Shown: in pieces, positions 57,736 to 64,000 of the stretch
How positions within the stretch are numbered: position 1 is the stretch's first letter
Layout of the letters: each line of letters begins with the position of its first letter
Assembly (NCBI GenBank): GCA_015064415.1
Contig: SVSG01000005.1
Coordinates: forward strand, 29,273 to 93,272
Length of the DNA: 64,000 nucleotides
Source of the DNA: Oscillospiraceae bacterium
Lineage (GTDB): Bacteria; Bacillota; Clostridia; Oscillospirales; CAG-272
Direction: 5' to 3'
Program-made: the position numbers and the translations under genes
The notes under the pieces: model-generated
Told to the model about the DNA's origin: nothing
The model's input: the letters and a program-made list of their open reading frames with translations, nothing else
The model's database searches: none

Positions 57736-59226
57736 TCCTTCTTTTTTGATGACCGGGAGCTCAAACCAGAACACGCTTCCCGTTCCCACAGCGCTTTCCA
57801 CGCCGTAAGAGGCCTTGTGTGCCTCCATCACATTTTTCACGATCGAAAGCCCCAAGCCCGTTCCCATGACGGCGCAACGGTGCTCGCGGTCCACGCGATA
57901 GTAGCGATCCCAGATCTCGGGGATCTGCTCGGGAGGAATGCCCTCTCCGTCATCGGCCACTGCCAGACGTACCACGCCGTCTTTGACGGTCTGCGTCACA
58001 AGCACGCGATGGCTCTCTCCCGTGTAGTTCACGGCGTTGCCGACAAGATTATACAGAACCTGCAGGATCATCGTGCGATCCGCCTCCACAAAGACGGGGT
58101 TTTCCTCCACCACCGATTCGATGCGATATCCCTTGTGTTTGATCAGCGTATCGTATCTGTCCAACGCATCGTGTAAAAGCTCCGTCAGATCGAACACCGC
58201 AAGCTTTGGCTTCGTGGTGCCCGCTTGCAGCTTGGACAGATCCAGCAGATCGTTCACAAGATCGGAAAGGCGGGTGGTCTCATCGATCACGGCCTGAATA
58301 TTTTCGGGAGAGTTTTCGCCCGGAATATCCCGCATCATCTCGCTGTACCCCTTGATCATCGTCAAGGGTGTGCGCAGATCGTGCGAAATATTGGCAATCA
58401 GCTCACGCTGCAATCTGCCCGTGGCACCGATCTCCTTGGCGGCAAAGGAAAGTGCATCCGCCAGCTCCTGCACCTCGCGGTAGGCATCTCGCTCGGAAAA
58501 ATCAACCTTAAATTCTCCCCCCGCAAGCTTTTCCGCCTTCTGCGTGATCTGCACCAGCGGCTTTGCCACGATGTGAGAGAGCAACAGCGCCAGCAAAAAC
58601 GCACAGCAAAGCAGCGCGCCCGCGATCCACACGAATTGCATCTGCAGCGTGCGCACGGTGGCGTCCACCGGCATCAGCTCGCAATCCAGCAGCATGACGT
58701 ATTCCACGCCATTCCCCTCCACGATCCGCACGTGAATGGCATTGACGGAGGAACCTTTTTTCGGGAAGCCGGGAAAGCGCCCCTCCCCCTCTGCTTCACT
58801 CTCATCGTTGAATTCAAAGCGCTTGTTGTAGGTGCCGCCGTTTTGCTTGGCATCGGCATAAAGCTCCTCCAGCGTTTGCGCGTTGACGTGGTGAATGATG
58901 CAATCCGAGGTCGCGTCGGCACTTGCCAGAAGTCTGCCGTGCTCTTCCTCCAGTGCGATCACCAAAATGCAAATGTTTTTTTCCTTTGCATATTTGGCGA
59001 TGGCGTTGCGCGCATCCTCCGCGGCGACGTATTCCTTCAGCTCGTCCGCGCTTTTTTTCAGATCGGAAAACTTTTCCTTTTCATAAAAGGTGGAAAGCAG
59101 GCAGACCTGAAAGATCCAGATGGAGACCAGGATCAGAATCGTAAATAAGGCAAGACAGGCAAAAAGCCACCATCGAATGCCGACTCTTCCCCGTCTTTCC
59201 TTTTTCGTTCGCGCAGCACGGCTCAT
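57733..59226 (-). CDS. HAMP-domain sensor histidine kinase
   Basis: Two TMs, HAMP, ISHDLRTPLT (H box), NLVGNA, DDGEGI, GTGLGLSIVK. Confidence 0.95.
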   Translation of the reverse strand: MSRAARTKKERRGRVGIRWWLFACLALFTILILVSIWIFQVCLLSTFYEKEKFSDLKKSADELKEYVAAEDARNAIAKYAKEKNICILVIALEEEHGRLLASADATSDCIIHHVNAQTLEELYADAKQNGGTYNKRFEFNDESEAEGEGRFPGFPKKGSSVNAIHVRIVEGNGVEYVMLLDCELMPVDATVRTLQMQFVWIAGALLCCAFLLALLLSHIVAKPLVQITQKAEKLAGGEFKVDFSERDAYREVQELADALSFAAKEIGATGRLQRELIANISHDLRTPLTMIKGYSEMMRDIPGENSPENIQAVIDETTRLSDLVNDLLDLSKLQAGTTKPKLAVFDLTELLHDALDRYDTLIKHKGYRIESVVEENPVFVEADRTMILQVLYNLVGNAVNYTGESHRVLVTQTVKDGVVRLAVADDGEGIPPEQIPEIWDRYYRVDREHRCAVMGTGLGLSIVKNVMEAHKASYGVESAVGTGSVFWFELPVIKKEG

Positions 59227-59915
59227 TTTTTCTCTTCAAAGCGATAACCGACGCCGCGCAGCGTCACGATATAATCGCTGTATTTTCCCAAGCTTTTGCG
59301 AAGCAGCTTGATATGCGTGTCCAGCGTGCGGGCGTCTCCGTAAAAATCGTATCCCCACACCTCGCTGATCAGCGTTTCGCGCTTCAGTGCCACGTTGCGA
59401 TTGCGCAACAGATAGAAAAACAGCTCGTACTCCTTGGGGGACATTTCCACACGCGCACCGTCCACGTAAACGATGCGCGCCGTAAGGTCTGCCTTAAGAC
59501 CGCCGTTGTCAAACTCCAGCACTTGATTTTGCTGTGCGGCCACGGCTGCGGTATGCTTGGTGCGCTTCATCACTGCTTCCACGCGCAAAAGCAGTTCGCG
59601 CGGGGAAAAGGGCTTGACCACGTAATCATCCGCGCCGGATTCAAAGCCGTTGATCTTATCGTACTCTTCGCCTCTCGCGGAGAGCATGATGATCGGCGTT
59701 TGCGAGCTCTTGCGGATCTCGCGGCAAGCGGAAAAGCCATCCAGCTCCGGCATCATGATATCCAGAATAATGATGTCGAATTTCTCTTTTCGGCTCAGGC
59801 GAACGGCCTCCATGCCATCCCCTGCTTCCGTTACGGTATGCCCTTCAAATTCCGCATATTTGCGGATGATCGATCTGATACGGGCCTCATCGTCCACAAC
59901 CAAAATATGATACAT
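59223..59915 (-). CDS. OmpR/PhoB-family response regulator
   Basis: ILVVDD, LDIMMPELDG, KPFS, RTLDTHIK.LR, TLRGVGY. Confidence 0.95.
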   Translation of the reverse strand: MYHILVVDDEARIRSIIRKYAEFEGHTVTEAGDGMEAVRLSRKEKFDIIILDIMMPELDGFSACREIRKSSQTPIIMLSARGEEYDKINGFESGADDYVVKPFSPRELLLRVEAVMKRTKHTAAVAAQQNQVLEFDNGGLKADLTARIVYVDGARVEMSPKEYELFFYLLRNRNVALKRETLISEVWGYDFYGDARTLDTHIKLLRKSLGKYSDYIVTLRGVGYRFEEKK

Positions 59916-59932
59916 TCTAAGCCCACCTTTCT

Positions 59933-61372
59933 TTAGCCCTGAATTTTGGCAATGCTTTCGGGAACGTATTCCTGCAACACAACGGTGATCGTCAGCTGCT
60001 CGTCACCGCGTCTGACAACGACCTGCACGCTATCCCCCACCTGATGCCCGCGAAGAATGCTTCTGATGGCATCCAGGGGCGAGGTGGAGATTCCGTATAC
60101 CACGGTGCCGTCCACGCTGTAAATATAGTCGCCTTGCACAAAGCTTGTGTTTGCGTCGGCGTTATAGACGCAGGCGGCGTAAACGGTATTGAAAAAGCTG
60201 CCGCCCGTTTTTTCCACCAGCGCGATGCCAAGACTCGGCACGCCGCGCACGTATCCGTATTGCAGGATATCCTTGACGGATTTTTCGTATGCAACGTCGA
60301 TCGGGATGGCAAAGCCAAGCCCCTCCACACCGGAGGCGGCGTATTTGGCGTTCACGATGCCGATCAACTCACCCGCCAGATTGAAAAGCCCGCCGCCGGA
60401 GTTGCCCGAGTTGATGGCCGCGTTGGTCTGCAACAGCTTCATCGTGACGCCGTCCATATTGATCTCGCGCTCCGTGGCGCTGATGATGCCGTTGGTCACG
60501 GTGCCGCCAAGCTCACCCAGAGGATTGCCGATCGCAATGACCTCCTCACCCGGTGCCAGCGCTTTACTGTAGCCAAGCTTCGCCACCGTAAGGGGCTTGC
60601 CCTCCTGGGGGGTGATTTTCAGAATGGCGATATCTCCATCCTCGTCAGAGCCGCGCAGCACGGCCTCGTAGGTATCCCCGTTGGTCAGTCTCACGTAGAT
60701 CTGATCGCAATTCTCGATCACGTGATGGTTGGTGATCACAATGCCGTCCGCGTGAATGATCACACCGCTTCCCGCACCTGCCACCACGCTGGAGCCGCGA
60801 TTGGAGATCACGGTGGTGGTGATCTCCACCACGCTGTCCTTCACGGCCGCCGTCGCGCGGATCATGTCGGTCTTCTCTGCACCGGCGGAGCCGTTTTCCG
60901 ACGCCAGAAGCGCCTCGTCATTTCTTTTGACAATGCCGTTAAAAGCGGCGGCGTAGTCGTACCCTTTATCGGTATTTTCATAAGAAGAGGCGCTCATGTC
61001 ATTCAGATCGCCGTTTGTATTGCCCAGTGTCAGATTGCCGCCTGCGTCCTCTACGTCACTTTGCAGGTACTCCATCAAAAAGTACGCGCCAACGCCTGAA
61101 AAAGAGGAAATGATCATGCAAAGCACCAGCACGGCGGACAAAACGGCCACGCGCGTTCTGCGCTTTCTTTTCTTTTCCACGTTTCCGTCCAGGGGCATGA
61201 CCTCAGGGGACAGAGCGCCCTGTCCGTCATTTTGATAGGAAACGCCGTACCAGCGCGGGATCGGCGTTCTCTCCTGCGCTTTTGCCTCCTCGTCGGAGGC
61301 GGCAGAATTTTCACTCTTCAATATTTCTTTATCGTCACGATTACCGGTGGTGAAGTTTTCCGGGTCTTTCAT
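59933..61372 (-). CDS. htrA: HtrA/DegP-family membrane-anchored serine protease
   Basis: TM anchor, GSGVI, TNHHV, DIAILK, AINSGNSGG, C-terminal PDZ; ATG at 61372 after AAGGAG. Confidence 0.92.
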   Translation of the reverse strand: MKDPENFTTGNRDDKEILKSENSAASDEEAKAQERTPIPRWYGVSYQNDGQGALSPEVMPLDGNVEKKRKRRTRVAVLSAVLVLCMIISSFSGVGAYFLMEYLQSDVEDAGGNLTLGNTNGDLNDMSASSYENTDKGYDYAAAFNGIVKRNDEALLASENGSAGAEKTDMIRATAAVKDSVVEITTTVISNRGSSVVAGAGSGVIIHADGIVITNHHVIENCDQIYVRLTNGDTYEAVLRGSDEDGDIAILKITPQEGKPLTVAKLGYSKALAPGEEVIAIGNPLGELGGTVTNGIISATEREINMDGVTMKLLQTNAAINSGNSGGGLFNLAGELIGIVNAKYAASGVEGLGFAIPIDVAYEKSVKDILQYGYVRGVPSLGIALVEKTGGSFFNTVYAACVYNADANTSFVQGDYIYSVDGTVVYGISTSPLDAIRSILRGHQVGDSVQVVVRRGDEQLTITVVLQEYVPESIAKIQG

Positions 61373-61470
61373 TGCAAAACTCCTTCCGTATGATTCCTTA
61401 TTACTATACCACGCCTTTGTGACGGTTCTATGATTATGCCGCAAAAAACAATTGAATTTGCACTTTCCGG

Positions 61471-61499
61471 TTGCAAAAGCGATATATATATGTTATAAT
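61471..61499 (+). promoter_or_regulatory. sigmaA promoter for queG-addB
   Basis: TTGCAA-17 bp-TATAAT with extended TG; spacer contains (AT)5. Confidence 0.7.
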
Positions 61500-61534
61500 G
61501 ATTATATCAATAATATAATGGGGGGATTATACGC

Positions 61535-62359
61535 ATGAAAAAGACGGTGGAAAAGCTGTTGGCAGCACAAGGCATTTCCATGATGGCACCGCTCTCGCTT
61601 GCAGATTGCATCATACAAAAGCCCTATCTGTTGCAACGGGCGGGAATCGAAAAAGGTACGGCGTTTCTTTTTGCCGTACCCTATTATACCACAGAATGCG
61701 ACGCTTGCGCAAATAATATTTCCGCCTACGCCGTCTCCCGCGACTATCACGGATTTTTCAAAGCGCTTTTCGACACGCTTCTCCCCGTACTGCAGGAAAA
61801 ATTTCCGCAAAACCGTTTTGCGGGCTTTACCGATCACTCCCCCATCAACGAGGTGCACGCCGCCGTGCGCGCGGGGCTTGGTTTTTACGGAAAAAACCAC
61901 CTGTTTTTGACGCGGGCGCACAGCTCCTTCGTCTTTCTCGGTGAGATCATCACGGACGCGGTCTTCGAGATCCCGTTGCCGCCCCCGCAAAGCTGTGACG
62001 AGTGCGGAGCGTGCCTTGCCGCTTGCCCCGTCGCGCTGGATGCCTCGCGCTGCTATTCTGCGCTGACACAGAAAAAAGGTGCCCTTTCCGAGGAGGAAAT
62101 TGCCATTTTGCGCGCGCATGGGTGCGCATGGGGGTGCGATATCTGTCAGCGGGTATGCCCCATCACCCTGCGGGCCAAAGAGAACGGCACGCTTTACACC
62201 ACCATCCCGTATTTCAAGGAAAGTGCCCTATCCCCCCTCACCGCCGAGATCGTGGAAAAGATGTCGGAGGAGGAATTTGCCACGCGCGCCTACAGCTGGC
62301 GCGGCAGAAACACGATTTTACGAAATCTCAGACATTTGGAGAAAGGAGATCCCGAATGA
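61535..62359 (+). CDS. queG: Epoxyqueuosine reductase QueG-like 4Fe-4S protein
   Basis: ISAYAVSRDYH, AGLGFYGKN, SFVFLGEI, CDECGACLAACP, WGCDICQRVCP. Confidence 0.85.
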   Translation: MKKTVEKLLAAQGISMMAPLSLADCIIQKPYLLQRAGIEKGTAFLFAVPYYTTECDACANNISAYAVSRDYHGFFKALFDTLLPVLQEKFPQNRFAGFTDHSPINEVHAAVRAGLGFYGKNHLFLTRAHSSFVFLGEIITDAVFEIPLPPPQSCDECGACLAACPVALDASRCYSALTQKKGALSEEEIAILRAHGCAWGCDICQRVCPITLRAKENGTLYTTIPYFKESALSPLTAEIVEKMSEEEFATRAYSWRGRNTILRNLRHLEKGDPE

Positions 62360-64000
62360 TCCGTTTTTATTATCAGGCGGGCAGTACCGCCACCAACGAG
62401 GCGCTGACGAAAGCCATCCGCGCAGACCTGGACAATGGCCGCGAGGTGCTGTTGCTTGTTCCCGAGCAGCAGACGGTAAGCGTGGAGCGAAAGATGCTGG
62501 AGATCTTGCCCGCGAGCGCACAGCTTTCCTTTGAGGTGGTCAACTTTTCCCGCCTCGCCAACCGCACCTTCCGCATGCTTGGCGGACATCGTTGGAACAC
62601 CGCCACTCCTGCCGTCCGTGCCCTTCTCATGTGGCACACCCTGCGCGAGCTTGCCCCCACACTGCAGTGCTACGCCAACCACGCCACCGAGCCCAAGCTC
62701 TGCGACATGATGCTGCAGACCGCCAAGAGCCACCACGCCTACCAGATCCCCGGCGAGGCGTTGCTCAACGCGGCAGACAAGCTCCCCGCAGACGATCCGC
62801 TGAAAAACAAGCTCCTTGACGTGGGAACCATCCTCGGCTTCTTTGAAGGAAAGCTGAAAAACAGCTTTGATAACGGCGACGACGAGCTGGATCGCCTGTC
62901 CGACCTGCTTTTGGAAAGCGGGCGCGAGCTGATGAAAAACACCACGGTCTACGTGGACTCCTTTACGGACTATACCGCGCAGGAGTACGCCGTTTTGCGC
63001 GCGCTGGCGGGCTGTGTGCCGAAGCTCTCCTTCACCTTCCCGCTTTTCTATGCGCACGAGGAGGGGCTGCACCTCCACAGCGCAAAGCAAGCACACGCCT
63101 ATCTGCAGCTGATGGCAAAGGACCTGGGGCACGAGATCTATTTTGAAAAGCAGGAGGCGCGTCCTGCAAGCACGGCGCGCGAATATCTGACGGAGCACCT
63201 TTTCGACATGGATGCCGAGCCGATGCCCGAAGAGCTTCTGGAAAAGCCCGACGTCGAGCTGATGCTTTGCGCCAATCCCTTCTCTGAGGCAGAGGCCGTT
63301 GTCTCCAAGATCCACTCTTTGGTAAGAGGTGGTTGCCGTTACCGCGACATTACCGTGGTGCTGCGCGACGCCACCGCACGCTGCGGCATTCTGGACGCCG
63401 CGCTGGAGCGCGAGGGGATCCCCTTTTTCCTTTCCGAAAAAACCGACGTTACCGTGCGCCCGCTTGTCAAGCTGATTCTGCTGGCTCTTCGCATTTCGAT
63501 CCACGCTTGGCGCGACGAGGACACCGTTGCCTACCTCAAAACAGGACTTTGCGGCGTACCGCTTGACGAGGTCAACCATTTTGAGGACTACGTCGGCGTC
63601 TGGCACCCGCGCACCGAGCAGGCCTATCGCCAGCCGTTTTCCCGTAATCCCGACGGCTTTACCACCAAAAAGACCGCACGTGCCGAGCGCATTCTGGCGG
63701 GTGCCGAGCACGCACGCGCCAAAATGGTCGAGCCCCTTCTTGCCCTGCATGACGCGCTCGAAAACGCAGAAAACGTCACGGGGATGTGCACGGCGCTTTA
63801 TGATTTTCTGAACCGCCTTGACGTTGCCAAACAGCTCAAGGCCGAGGCAGAAAAGCGCCTGCTGGCAGGCGAGCGACGCGAGGCGGAGGAGCTGTCCAGG
63901 CTCTACACCGTGACCATCGAAGCACTGGAGCAGATCGCGCTGGCGCTGGGTGAGGAAAAGCTTACCGTTGCGCAGTTTGCCGAGGCGCTGAAGCTGGTCT
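62356..64000 (+). CDS. addB: ATP-dependent helicase/nuclease subunit B (3'-partial; absent from the ORF track)
   Basis: ATG at 62356 after AAAGGAG and overlapping the queG stop; reads MIRFYYQAGST...LLVPEQQTVSVER...VVNFSRLA...VYVDSFTDYTAQE...RYRDI...YLKTGL; runs off the window end. Confidence 0.9.
   Translation, partial: MIRFYYQAGSTATNEALTKAIRADLDNGREVLLLVPEQQTVSVERKMLEILPASAQLSFEVVNFSRLANRTFRMLGGHRWNTATPAVRALLMWHTLRELAPTLQCYANHATEPKLCDMMLQTAKSHHAYQIPGEALLNAADKLPADDPLKNKLLDVGTILGFFEGKLKNSFDNGDDELDRLSDLLLESGRELMKNTTVYVDSFTDYTAQEYAVLRALAGCVPKLSFTFPLFYAHEEGLHLHSAKQAHAYLQLMAKDLGHEIYFEKQEARPASTAREYLTEHLFDMDAEPMPEELLEKPDVELMLCANPFSEAEAVVSKIHSLVRGGCRYRDITVVLRDATARCGILDAALEREGIPFFLSEKTDVTVRPLVKLILLALRISIHAWRDEDTVAYLKTGLCGVPLDEVNHFEDYVGVWHPRTEQAYRQPFSRNPDGFTTKKTARAERILAGAEHARAKMVEPLLALHDALENAENVTGMCTALYDFLNRLDVAKQLKAEAEKRLLAGERREAEELSRLYTVTIEALEQIALALGEEKLTVAQFAEALKLV

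Noticed and set aside
1-64000. CRISPR arrays, tRNA/rRNA genes, transposases, prophage genes
   Set aside because: Intergenic gaps are short and explained by promoters, terminators or the T-box. I recognised no repeat-spacer periodicity, cloverleaf or mobile-element protein motifs.

Overview
The window looks like chromosomal DNA of a spore-forming Clostridia-type Firmicute (yqfC/yqfD/ylbJ, addB, mutS2, a T-box, sigmaA consensus promoters). Positions 1-17194 hold the 3' part of one giant, strongly codon-biased, modular beta-helix-like protein gene. It is open from base 3, encodes at least about 5,700 aa, and is broken by a single 1-nt frameshift near 10236. It is built from about 16 shuffled modules, then an unnamed domain, a His-less SGNH/SASA esterase-like domain and a final beta-rich module. 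Directly downstream, a complete transcriptional T-box riboswitch precedes DUF896-tsaE-tsaB-rpiB-ispD-ispF rather than a synthetase or amino-acid gene. The rest is mostly housekeeping: rpe, two accessory lipoproteins, topB, a flippase-pssA-psd operon, prs, a rhamnulokinase, yqfC-yqfD-phoH-ybeY-era-recO-mutS2, ylbJ, yceD-rpmF, a GH78 rhamnosidase, nnr, ptsH-uvrC-rsmD-coaD, rimM-trmD-ligase-like-2xDUF4330, yajC, htrA with a two-component pair, queG and a partial addB. I saw no rRNA, tRNA, CRISPR array, integrase or transposase. All calls come from motif recognition by eye; no database searches were run.
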